From IMG/VR virus record IMGVR_UViG_3300034069_000920, positions 1 through 48,830 of that record: 48,830 nucleotides of DNA; one strand, written 5' to 3'. A program made the position numbers and the translations under genes. Of this stretch, positions 42,586 to 48,830 are shown one piece after another. The stretch comes from a virus. Each line of letters begins with the position of its first letter. Position 1 is the first letter of the stretch. The notes beneath the pieces were generated by a model that was given only the letters and a program-made list of their open reading frames with translations, had not been told where the DNA came from and made no database searches.

Positions 42586-43601
42586 GCTGCGAGCCTCTTC
42601 GCCGCGCGCACATCATCAGCATACTGGCGCGCTGCTTTCTCGACGATCGGGCCGGGATTCGCGTTGAACCGCCCCTTTAACTGGCGAACCCGCCCCTCAT
42701 GAAGTTCGAGCGTAGCGACCCGCTGCTCATCTTGGCGGATAGAGACGATGTGCGTGAGCCCGCTCATAACCGCCATGACGTAACTCGCGACGCAATGGTG
42801 CATCGCCTTGCCTTCCGCATGGATGGCAGTCGGTGTGCGCAGCGCAACGAACTCGAAGTCGTACAGCACGGCATGATCAGGGTGTTTGCCAAGGTCGACG
42901 ACCTGATCAGCCATCACACCGAACTTCGCCTTTGCGTCGCCAGCCGAGAGGCGATCGTGCCAGTCGTCGGCGGCCGCGACCGCACGCGGCCATTCCCAGG
43001 CGGTATTGAGAGGAACGTCGCCGCGCCCCATAAAGTCGGTGATCGTCCCGACCTGCGACTTGCGGACCTTGTGGCGGGCGAGCTGCACGACGGCCCACTC
43101 GTTGAACCGATCGGTCCAGCGGGCGGTGTGGCAAATCCGGATCCATTCACCGACGGCGGAAAGCCATGTGCGCTGCGCGGTGATGCTGTTCGGGATGGCC
43201 TGGCTAACAACTGACGGCGGCAGAGTGGCCAGCAGCCGAACCGTTCCAATATCCTCAGGCGCGAGCGCCTTACCCTTCAGCTTTCTCAGCGGCGTCGACA
43301 GTCCGTAAGAGCGCATTACTTCCTTGAGCCGCGCGCCCTGCCGGCAGTAGTGCGCCAGCCGATGCGCGGCATAGGCGCGATCACCGCCAGCCACCTTCCG
43401 CTTGCGATCCTCCGGCAGCACGAACATCGCGATCACGGGCGCCTGCTCAAGATAGTCTATGGAGCGCTCGTGCACCGTCGCGGCAAACTTTGCAGTTTCG
43501 ATCATGCCTGCCGACTTGAATAGGCGCGCCGACCGCTCGCACGCGGCGGCGAAGGTCATCTGGTCTTCGATTTGTGGGATGCGGTCACTCAGCACGATCA
43601 C
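42582..43601 (-). CDS. PcfJ-like domain protein
   Basis: 339 aa with a GTGA-coupled start. The C-terminus LRTPTAIHAEGKAMHHCVASYVMAVMSGLTHIVSIR...ATLEL...VRQLKGRFNANP fits the PcfJ-like pattern. Confidence 0.6.
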   Translation of the reverse strand: MIVLSDRIPQIEDQMTFAAACERSARLFKSAGMIETAKFAATVHERSIDYLEQAPVIAMFVLPEDRKRKVAGGDRAYAAHRLAHYCRQGARLKEVMRSYGLSTPLRKLKGKALAPEDIGTVRLLATLPPSVVSQAIPNSITAQRTWLSAVGEWIRICHTARWTDRFNEWAVVQLARHKVRKSQVGTITDFMGRGDVPLNTAWEWPRAVAAADDWHDRLSAGDAKAKFGVMADQVVDLGKHPDHAVLYDFEFVALRTPTAIHAEGKAMHHCVASYVMAVMSGLTHIVSIRQDEQRVATLELHEGRVRQLKGRFNANPGPIVEKAARQYADDVRAAKRLAA

Positions 43602-43912
43602 CGGAGCACCTCCGCAGCGTTCCAGCGCGCCTCATCCACCTCAATCGGCGGACGGTGCGAGTTGACAACGAGCAGCACCTTGCCGTTGCGGCATGGCACT
43701 CGTGCGGCGCGGCGGGCGGTGACGTAGTGGCCGGTCGCGATCAGGACGCGCCGCGTTTCGCTGGGCATGGATGCGCTCGCAGGTTGAGGGTTGAGGACGC
43801 GAAATCCGTCATCATGGCGGTTGCGATCGAGGCGGCGGCGCAGCTTCTCCGCCAGCACCCGGCCGATCAGCTCGTGGTCGGCTCGGAAGAATATGACGCC
43901 GGCGCCGGGCAT
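43598..43912 (-). CDS. Hypothetical protein
   Basis: The internal ATG (MPGAGVIFFRADHEL) of ORF 43598..44263 overlaps the upstream stop by 1 nt. Confidence 0.45.
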   Translation of the reverse strand: MPGAGVIFFRADHELIGRVLAEKLRRRLDRNRHDDGFRVLNPQPASASMPSETRRVLIATGHYVTARRAARVPCRNGKVLLVVNSHRPPIEVDEARWNAAEVLR

Positions 43913-44343
43913 CACGCGGCGACCTGCATCGCGTCTGGCAAGGGGATCACAACCATCGGCGGCTGACCGCCAGTGGCCGGCACCACCCTCGCCTTCTCGA
44001 TCACGAACCGATCGAACTCGACCTTGAAGTTTCCATGCGCGGCGGCCCCGGCGGTGATCGTCACCAGATAGTGGCCGGCCTTCTGCCGCTTCGCCTGAAA
44101 TTTGCCCTTTGCGTCGACCACGACGGCCAGCTTGCCGGCGTCGGAGCCGGTGCCGACCCGCACCGCAATCTGTTGCTGGTCGAGGTGGAAGTTGATCGCT
44201 TTTGCGCACATCGGCCCGATCAGCATGGCGATGTAGCGCGTCTTCTTGTCGCCGCGCCCGCACGCGCGCGAGCCGATGACGATGCCACTCGCCGGGACGT
44301 CCGTCTTGGGCGGGGCGGTGTTGTCGAGGTCAGTGAAGGCCAT
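43912..44343 (-). CDS. Hypothetical protein
   Basis: 143-aa ORF whose start lies 1 nt after the upstream stop. Confidence 0.5.
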   Translation of the reverse strand: MAFTDLDNTAPPKTDVPASGIVIGSRACGRGDKKTRYIAMLIGPMCAKAINFHLDQQQIAVRVGTGSDAGKLAVVVDAKGKFQAKRQKAGHYLVTITAGAAAHGNFKVEFDRFVIEKARVVPATGGQPPMVVIPLPDAMQVAA

Positions 44344-44344
44344 G

Positions 44345-44524
44345 TCAGTTGTTCCTCATGTGAGCGCGCAGTCCATGATCGGAGGCGCTTGGATACCGCA
44401 AAACGGCAATGCCGATGGCGGCGGCGGTCGCGAGGATCGCCGCGCCGGTGTGGCCGTAGAGCGCCAGCGTGCAGGCGCTCAGGCCAAGGGCAAAGTTCCG
44501 GGTGTTATCGAGCACAGTGGTCAT
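44345..44524 (-). CDS. Small two-TM membrane protein (59 aa)
   Basis: The ATGA-coupled internal ATG gives MTTVLDNTRNFALGLSACTLALYGHTGAAILATAAAIGIAVL. Confidence 0.4.
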   Translation of the reverse strand: MTTVLDNTRNFALGLSACTLALYGHTGAAILATAAAIGIAVLRYPSASDHGLRAHMRNN

Positions 44525-44895
44525 GCTGCTTGCCTTCCCCATTTGCGTTTCTTCGGTTGCCGGGCCCAGCCATCGGCGAAGACGGTCGTCGTGATCCCGG
44601 CCGGGCCGAGCACCACCAGCCGACCGTCGGCGCGGCGCTGGATGATCGGGCAGTCGTATTCGTGGACAGGCGCTGGCGACGTGAACGGCCACCATGTCTC
44701 CGAGCTAACGGCCTTGCGCTTCACGCGGATCGCCTCGGCGGTCTCCGGGTTCAGGCCGCGCACGACCATCGCGTGCAACTGCTCGTGCGAGTAGCGTGCG
44801 TCGGGTCCCCAATTGCCGATCCACGGATTTGGCTTTGTCGGCGTGTCGACGAAGCCCGCGCGGTGCAGCACCGGTGGTTTCGGTTCGCACGTCAC
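44521..44895 (-). CDS. Hypothetical protein
   Basis: The GTG start overlaps the stop of the 38-aa ORF (GTGA). The upstream part of ORF 44521..45150 overlaps better-supported genes. Confidence 0.4.
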   Translation of the reverse strand: MTCEPKPPVLHRAGFVDTPTKPNPWIGNWGPDARYSHEQLHAMVVRGLNPETAEAIRVKRKAVSSETWWPFTSPAPVHEYDCPIIQRRADGRLVVLGPAGITTTVFADGWARQPKKRKWGRQAA

Positions 44896-45008
44896 AGCAC
44901 GCACCAGCGGACGATCGTCAAAGCGACGAGCAAGCCGACCATGCCGAGATAGGCAACGAACACTCGCCACGCCCACGCATAAAACGGCGTTTTCTTGTTC
45001 GGGCTCAT
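44892..45008 (-). CDS. Micro-ORF, single-TM peptide (38 aa, below the ORF-track cutoff)
   Basis: Read from sequence: MSPNKKTPFYAWAWRVFVAYLGMVGLLVALTIVRWCVL. It is ATGA-coupled to the upstream stop and has high GC3. Confidence 0.4.
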   Translation of the reverse strand: MSPNKKTPFYAWAWRVFVAYLGMVGLLVALTIVRWCVL

Positions 45009-45436
45009 GCCGAATATCCTGTGTAGAGGAGACGCGCGGCCTGAGCAGCAGCGGCTTTTCGCTCGGCGACCTTCGCGGCATCGGCCGCCTTGTCGGACTC
45101 CGCTTTGGCCTCGCGAGCAGCTTTCCGCAGCGCGACGCTCTCGTGCTCAAGAGCAGTGCTCAACTGCACCACAGATGGCCTGCGTTTCAGCTTCGTGCGC
45201 AGCTTCGACTGCGCCGCCAAGATGAGGAGCAAGCCGTCCGGATCCCAGTTGAAGCGGCTCGCCCGACCAGTGATCGTGTTGAGCAGGTCGCTGGCGTGCG
45301 CCTGCGCCGCATGATGGCTCTGGAACTTGAGCACGCGGTCAAGCTTGGCGGCATCGCTCTTCGCCTTGCGATAGGCGGCGTACACCGGCGCCAAGTCGAT
45401 CAGCGTCTGCCGCAAATCTGGATCGTCGCGGATCAT
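45005..45436 (-). CDS. Hypothetical coiled-coil protein
   Basis: The internal ATG (MIRDDPDLRQ) is ATGA-coupled to the upstream stop. Confidence 0.5.
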   Translation of the reverse strand: MIRDDPDLRQTLIDLAPVYAAYRKAKSDAAKLDRVLKFQSHHAAQAHASDLLNTITGRASRFNWDPDGLLLILAAQSKLRTKLKRRPSVVQLSTALEHESVALRKAAREAKAESDKAADAAKVAERKAAAAQAARLLYTGYSA

Positions 45437-45801
45437 CGCGGTGCCCCCACGACGTGCGCCCAGCGCGCCTTGTGCGGCGATGCGCGACCGTAGGCCTTGC
45501 CAGCCTCGAAATGGGATACCCCATATCGCGCTTCCCACGTCGCCAGCCCGATCAAATCCTTTTCCCGGTGCGCACCAGAGCAGAGCGGCACGGCGTGATA
45601 GTCGGGGCTCTTGATCCCCATCCCCTTTAGTCCGTCAGCGTCGGAGTGCGATGCCTCCATGACGCCGGTGCACTCGTGCCCCGCCCTGCCCGCAAGCAGG
45701 CACGGGCGCTTGCGCAGCCAGGCAAGGTGCGTTGGGAAACGGCGCTCGGCATCGGCCTTGCCGCTGTTCCGCTTTCGCGGGCGGGTATCCACGCGCAGCA
45801 T
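45433..45801 (-). CDS. DUF968/Ref-like HNH-type nuclease candidate
   Basis: HLAWLRKRPCLLAG...HECTGVMEASHSD...KGMGIKSPDYHAVPLCSGAHRE resembles the P1 Ref/DUF968 Cys/His arrangement. Confidence 0.5.
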   Translation of the reverse strand: MLRVDTRPRKRNSGKADAERRFPTHLAWLRKRPCLLAGRAGHECTGVMEASHSDADGLKGMGIKSPDYHAVPLCSGAHREKDLIGLATWEARYGVSHFEAGKAYGRASPHKARWAHVVGAPR

Positions 45802-46046
45802 CAGAACGGTACCCTGTCGTCGGCAGCGAAAACATCGGCGCTGAACCGCTCCACCTTCAGACGATCGGCGGTGAACCGGACCGTCGGCGCGAGTACGGCG
45901 AAGCTGTACCCCGGGTACTCTTTCGCCAAACGCTGAGCTTCGGCCTCCGCCGCCTCTTGATCTGAGTGCTTGAAGCGCGGCGCGAAACCCCCTTCACGCC
46001 ATACCAACCAGAACGGCGGCTCTTCGACGGGATCGCCTCGGCTCAT
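45801..46046 (-). CDS. Hypothetical protein
   Basis: The internal ATG (MSRGDPVEEPPFWLVWREGG) is ATGA-coupled. Confidence 0.5.
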   Translation of the reverse strand: MSRGDPVEEPPFWLVWREGGFAPRFKHSDQEAAEAEAQRLAKEYPGYSFAVLAPTVRFTADRLKVERFSADVFAADDRVPF

Positions 46047-46249
46047 GCCGACACCACGCAATAAGCGATGATGTCGAACGTCGGGTCTTTCGGCGTGTGC
46101 GCCCAAACCCACGAGCTGGCGCGGCGCGGCATCTGGCCGCTGTCGAACGACGTCTCGAAGCGCGCTTGCACGCGCACCATCGCGTTCTCGTCGACCGGGC
46201 AATCACCTCCCGACCACGCTACCAGTTCTGTGCTGTCCTGCTGCACCAA
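46043..46249 (-). CDS. Hypothetical protein, first gene of the leftward early operon
   Basis: 68 aa with a GTG start and a GAGGAG RBS 7 nt upstream. Confidence 0.55.
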   Translation of the reverse strand: MVQQDSTELVAWSGGDCPVDENAMVRVQARFETSFDSGQMPRRASSWVWAHTPKDPTFDIIAYCVVSA

Positions 46250-46306
46250 CGTCGCTCCTCAGCACCGTCTTCGCGGCGCGGGTGCGCCGGATCAGGTGAT
46301 GAACGA

Positions 46307-46361
46307 ACAATGCCGCATAACTGCGGCACGGTCAAGCGCATTAATGCGGCATTATGCGGCG
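46307..46361 (-). promoter_or_regulatory. Leftward early promoter/operator region (OL/PL-like)
   Basis: A perfect palindrome TGCCGCA-TAAC-TGCGGCA (46311-46328) lies between a minus-strand TTGACC (-35, complement of 46330-46335) and CATTGT (-10, complement of 46307-46312). Two direct half-sites, ATGCGGCA (46344-51) and ATGCGGCG (46354-61), are also present. Confidence 0.55.
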
Positions 46362-46438
46362 GAACTTGCTCTTTCCCGCGTTAACGATCTTTGGTACAAA
46401 AGAAGAACAAGGAGACGGTATGCTGTCGGGAGAGCTTT

Positions 46439-46885
46439 TCAGGTTTTTTGCATGCGAGCGAATTCGCGCTCGCGTGATCGAATTGAAGCGCGAGCTAGTG
46501 TCTGCGACAGTTTTGGATCAGTCAGCGCTGCTGGCTCGTCTGCGAGATGCAGAAGGGTGTCTCGCATCGCTTCTGCGAGAGCCATCATCGTGCCTTCATC
46601 CGTCGCCGCCTGACCAAGGAACGCCTGATGTAGCGCCCGAAGTATCGACGCAAGCGACACGGCACTAGGCACACCCGCCGCTGCTCCGAACGGCCTTTCG
46701 CCCAATGCATCCGCTAGCTTGGCAATCGTGGTCGTGGTGGTGACATGCTCGTAATCATCGCGCACGGCTCGTGAAACGGTATCCTTGCCGGTTTGCGCCA
46801 TTTCCGCCCAGGCTCGCGCCGAGATGCGATGCTTTTGCATCATCTCGTTCATCCAGTCTGCGATCGGCTTCTGTCTCGGGTTCAT
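46439..46885 (-). CDS. Phage repressor (CI-like, HTH; no S24 autoprotease domain seen)
   Basis: Start at MNPRQKPIADWMNEMMQKHRISARAWAEMAQTGKDTVSRAV...TTIAKLADALG (HTH). It is divergent from the Cro-like gene and flanked by both operator sets. The 32-codon upstream extension would cover the operator region. Confidence 0.65.
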   Translation of the reverse strand: MNPRQKPIADWMNEMMQKHRISARAWAEMAQTGKDTVSRAVRDDYEHVTTTTTIAKLADALGERPFGAAAGVPSAVSLASILRALHQAFLGQAATDEGTMMALAEAMRDTLLHLADEPAALTDPKLSQTLARASIRSREREFARMQKT

Positions 46886-46903
46886 AATCGGGCTGATACC
46901 CCG

Positions 46904-46968
46904 CGCCGCATAATTGCGTCGCGCCTCAAGATTGCGGCTTGCATTGCCGCAGTAATGCGGCATATAAG
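46904..46968. promoter_or_regulatory. Divergent promoter/operator region (OR-like)
   Basis: A perfect palindrome TGCCGCA-GTAA-TGCGGCA (46945-46962) fills the spacer of TTGCAT (46939-44)-N17/18-TATAAG (46963-68). An imperfect copy, CGCCGCA-TAAT-TGCGTCG, lies at 46904-46921, about 41 bp away centre to centre. Confidence 0.6.
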
Positions 46969-46973
46969 GTGGC

Positions 46974-47183
46974 ATGGACACTGCCTATGACCCTCTGTGG
47001 CTTGATCGGGAAATGAAGCGCTGCGGCATTCGTACCGGTCGTCTTGCTGAACTCAGCAAAGTCAGCAGATCGCAAATCCAGCGCATCCGAAACGGCGCGC
47101 CTCCTAGGATGGACACCCTCGCCGCGCTGCAGGCTGGACTTCGCGCAGCTGGCGTTACGACCAGTGAGAAGGTAGCAGCATGA
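46974..47183 (+). CDS. Cro-like HTH regulator
   Basis: 69 aa. MKRCGIRTGRLAELSKVSRSQIQRIRNG is an XRE-type HTH. It is the first gene of the rightward operon and divergent from the repressor. Confidence 0.65.
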   Translation: MDTAYDPLWLDREMKRCGIRTGRLAELSKVSRSQIQRIRNGAPPRMDTLAALQAGLRAAGVTTSEKVAA

Positions 47184-47827
47184 ACACGATCAGCTACGCC
47201 TCACCCGAGGATCTGGCCGAGTGGGCTGCCGAGGTCATGGAACGCGCGCCGGACTTCGTCATTGGCGCGCCAGCGTATCTCCGGCGCTGGTGGATCATCC
47301 CGCGCAACGAACAGCAGAACGTCTACCTGCACGAGATCCTGCGCGACGATGATGATCGCGCCTTGCACGATCACCCCTGGGACAATCAGTCCCTCGTTCT
47401 GCGCGGCAGCTATCGCGAAATCACGCCCGAGGGCACCTTCATCCGCAAGGCCGGCGACCTCATCACCCGCTCGGCGGACACGCTGCACCGGCTCGAGCTG
47501 ATCGACGGCGCGCCGTGCATCTCGCTGTTCTTCACCGGCCCCAAGGTGCGCGAATGGGGTTTTGCCTGTCCGAAGGGCTGGGTTCACTGGCGCGACTTCA
47601 CCGCTGGCACAAACGGCGAGCTGGTCGGCCGCGGCTGCGGTGAGCATGAAGTTCCTCCTCGCACTGCCGGTGTCAGCCGGGATGTGCTTGAGCCCCTGCC
47701 CGGCAACCTCCCCAGTGCCGGGCAGGATGGCGCTGCTACGCACCAATTCGCGAGCTACGGCGATGCGGAGAGCTTTTGGCGCCGTGTGGAGAGTGTCTCT
47801 GTTCATACCAACGCAGGTGCAGCATAA
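47180..47827 (+). CDS. Conserved hypothetical protein with HDHPW motif
   Basis: 215 aa with an ATGA overlap. Contains RRWWIIPRNEQQNVYLHEILRDDDDRALHDHPWDNQSLVLRGSY...HRLEL. Confidence 0.6.
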   Translation: MNTISYASPEDLAEWAAEVMERAPDFVIGAPAYLRRWWIIPRNEQQNVYLHEILRDDDDRALHDHPWDNQSLVLRGSYREITPEGTFIRKAGDLITRSADTLHRLELIDGAPCISLFFTGPKVREWGFACPKGWVHWRDFTAGTNGELVGRGCGEHEVPPRTAGVSRDVLEPLPGNLPSAGQDGAATHQFASYGDAESFWRRVESVSVHTNAGAA

Positions 47828-48297
47828 TGACCGGGCACATCCACTCTCGTTTCCGCACTGTTTCCGCGTCGTTGCTGCTCGACACGCTCGGCAAGAGTTT
47901 GACAGAGATCAAGCGCGAGGATGATGCGACCGACGCTGACCTTGGCGTCGTGCTCGGCAAGAGCGGCGATCGCGCGGAGGCGTACCGTAAAGGCGCCGGC
48001 GACATGGGCGTCGTTTCGTTTCTTCGCGGTTGCGGCAAATGGGATGGCCGCTTCGCCAACAATGCCTTGGCGCTGGTCGGCATGAAGCTCGTGCCGATGG
48101 AAGCCGGGGAAGGCGTCGATCGGCAGAGCATCACCGTGCTTGCAAGCCTGCTGGCGGAGGTCGGCGCGGCGCTCGAGGATGACGGGCGCATCGACGACGA
48201 AGAGCTGTCGAACATGAGCCACGTCCTTGAGCAGGCCGGCAAGCACATTGACCGGCTGCGCGATCGTCGCCGGCTCAAACTCATCGCATCGAACTGA
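47827..48297 (+). CDS. Hypothetical regulator (CII/CP76-like candidate)
   Basis: Start at MTGHIH with a TAATG overlap. Its position after cro, and a C-terminal DDGRIDDEELSNMSHVLEQAGKHIDRL segment, recall CP76-type CII proteins. This is a weak call. Confidence 0.4.
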   Translation: MTGHIHSRFRTVSASLLLDTLGKSLTEIKREDDATDADLGVVLGKSGDRAEAYRKGAGDMGVVSFLRGCGKWDGRFANNALALVGMKLVPMEAGEGVDRQSITVLASLLAEVGAALEDDGRIDDEELSNMSHVLEQAGKHIDRLRDRRRLKLIASN

Positions 48298-48338
48298 GGA
48301 TCTAGCGACCGGCGCGGCCGGTCAACGGGAGTGAGAAC

Positions 48339-48491
48339 ATGGACGTCAGGAAAGACGCGGTTCCGCAGAGCGGTTCCGCGAACGCACAACTGCATCTCGG
48401 CGGCAAGCGTCTCTTGCTGTGCGCGATCCCCACGTCGGTGACGCCGCACTGGAACGCGCGCCTCGCATTCTGGGCGAATGCTCATGGCTGA
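48339..48491 (+). CDS. Small hypothetical ORF (50 aa, below the ORF-track cutoff)
   Basis: Read from sequence: MDVRKDAVPQSGSANAQLHLGGKRLLLCAIPTSVTPHWNARLAFWANAHG. A GGGAGTGAG RBS is present. It overlaps the next gene. Confidence 0.3.
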   Translation: MDVRKDAVPQSGSANAQLHLGGKRLLLCAIPTSVTPHWNARLAFWANAHG

Positions 48492-48675
48492 CGTGGTCGA
48501 CGACGCCCAGGCGGTGACCGACATGCAGCTGCGCCACAGCATCGCCGCCGCGCGCAAGCCGATCCCCGCAGGCGCGCCTGGTGAGTGCGATGTCTGTGGA
48601 CGCGACAGCCCGCGTCTTGTGAAGGGTGCATGCGCGCCTTGCCGCGATCGCCGCGCGAAGGTGTCGGCGCGATGA
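48478..48675 (+). CDS. TraR/DksA-family C4 zinc-finger protein
   Basis: 65 aa. GECDVCGRDSPRLVKGACAPCRDR gives the CxxC...CxxC arrangement. The stop overlaps the MTase ATG (ATGA). Confidence 0.65.
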   Translation: MLMADVVDDAQAVTDMQLRHSIAAARKPIPAGAPGECDVCGRDSPRLVKGACAPCRDRRAKVSAR

Positions 48676-48830
48676 CGGTATCAATTCTTATCGGCGATGT
48701 ATTCGACCGCCTTCGCGATGTTGCTGACGAGTCTGTGGACTGCTGCGTCACCTCGCCGCCCTACTGGAACCTGCGCGACTACGACGTTGAAGGTCAGATC
48801 GGTATGGAGCCGACGCTCGCGAAGCATCTC
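48672..48830 (+). CDS. DNA methyltransferase 5' end (continues at base 142 of the unit, i.e. the same gene as 1..1200)
   Basis: The ATG at 48672 gives MTVSILIGDVFDRLRDVADESVDCCVTSPPYW... From 48690 the sequence is the exact repeat of bases 1-141 and is in frame. Confidence 0.8.
   Translation, partial: MTVSILIGDVFDRLRDVADESVDCCVTSPPYWNLRDYDVEGQIGMEPTLAKHL
48690..48830. repeat. End overlap, copy 2 (identical to 1-141)
   Basis: Same 141 bases as the window start. Confidence 0.95.

Larger units (their letters stand above)
1..48689. mobile_element. Complete temperate tailed-phage genome (one circular unit, circularly permuted in this window)
   Basis: Bases 48690-48830 repeat bases 1-141 exactly, so the unit length is 48689 bp. 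All phage modules are present: immunity switch, replication, terminase, head, contractile tail, fibres, lysis, int/xis/attP. No host housekeeping flank is visible. Confidence 0.85.

Noticed and set aside
46453-46472. The palindrome GCGAGC-GAATTCGC-GCTCGC near the repressor 3' end as a terminator.
   Set aside because: It lies inside the repressor coding sequence. The T run lies 5' of the stem on the plus strand and an A run follows it on the minus strand. It therefore fits an intrinsic terminator in neither direction.

Overview
The window is one complete, circularly permuted genome of about 48.7 kb from a temperate, high-GC tailed phage or prophage. The host is probably alphaproteobacterial. 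An exact 141-bp end overlap closes the circle (1-141 = 48690-48830), and the junction falls inside a DNA methyltransferase gene.

The layout is lambda-like:
- **Switch:** a divergent repressor/Cro-like switch sits near 46.9 kb, with 7-4-7 palindromic operators (TGCCGCA-N4-TGCGGCA). A second operator set lies near 46.3 kb in front of the leftward early operon.
- **Leftward array** (minus strand, 46249 down to 35980): it carries many tightly overlapping small genes, xis/int, and two cargo genes. It also contains an attP built on a 3' fragment of tRNA-Lys(CUU) at 39857-39906. Beyond attP lies an accessory block with a gamma-class N6A DNA MTase, a PD-(D/E)XK nuclease and a Lar-like fusion protein.
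- **Rightward unit:** a single unit of about 37 kb runs from 46974, wraps through base 1, and ends at a strong intrinsic terminator (35559-35592).
  - Early genes: regulators, a beta-class DNA MTase, a phage dnaN sliding clamp, a GapR-like (DUF2312) protein, an initiator gene containing iterons, and a NusG/RfaH-like protein at the lambda-Q position.
  - Structural genes: lambda-type packaging and head genes, and a Mu-type contractile tail and baseplate with a canonical -1 frameshift chaperone.
  - Late distal genes: three paralogous beta-helix spike-like proteins, and a lysis cassette of GH19 endolysin, holin candidates and overlapping spanins.

The most unusual content is as follows:
- Four proteins with Sec-type signal peptides bracket the lysis cassette. 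One is a signal-peptide-bearing paralogue of the tailspikes, and two share a Cys-loop N-terminal module.
- A NusG-like gene occupies the position of a late antiterminator.
- A clamp + GapR-like pair lies in the replication block.
- The MTase/nuclease/Lar block becomes contiguous with the early operon only in circular DNA.
- A low-GC antisense moron lies inside the tail operon.
- A Tat-signal cargo gene lies beside attP.

All functional calls come from motif recognition by eye. No database search was run.
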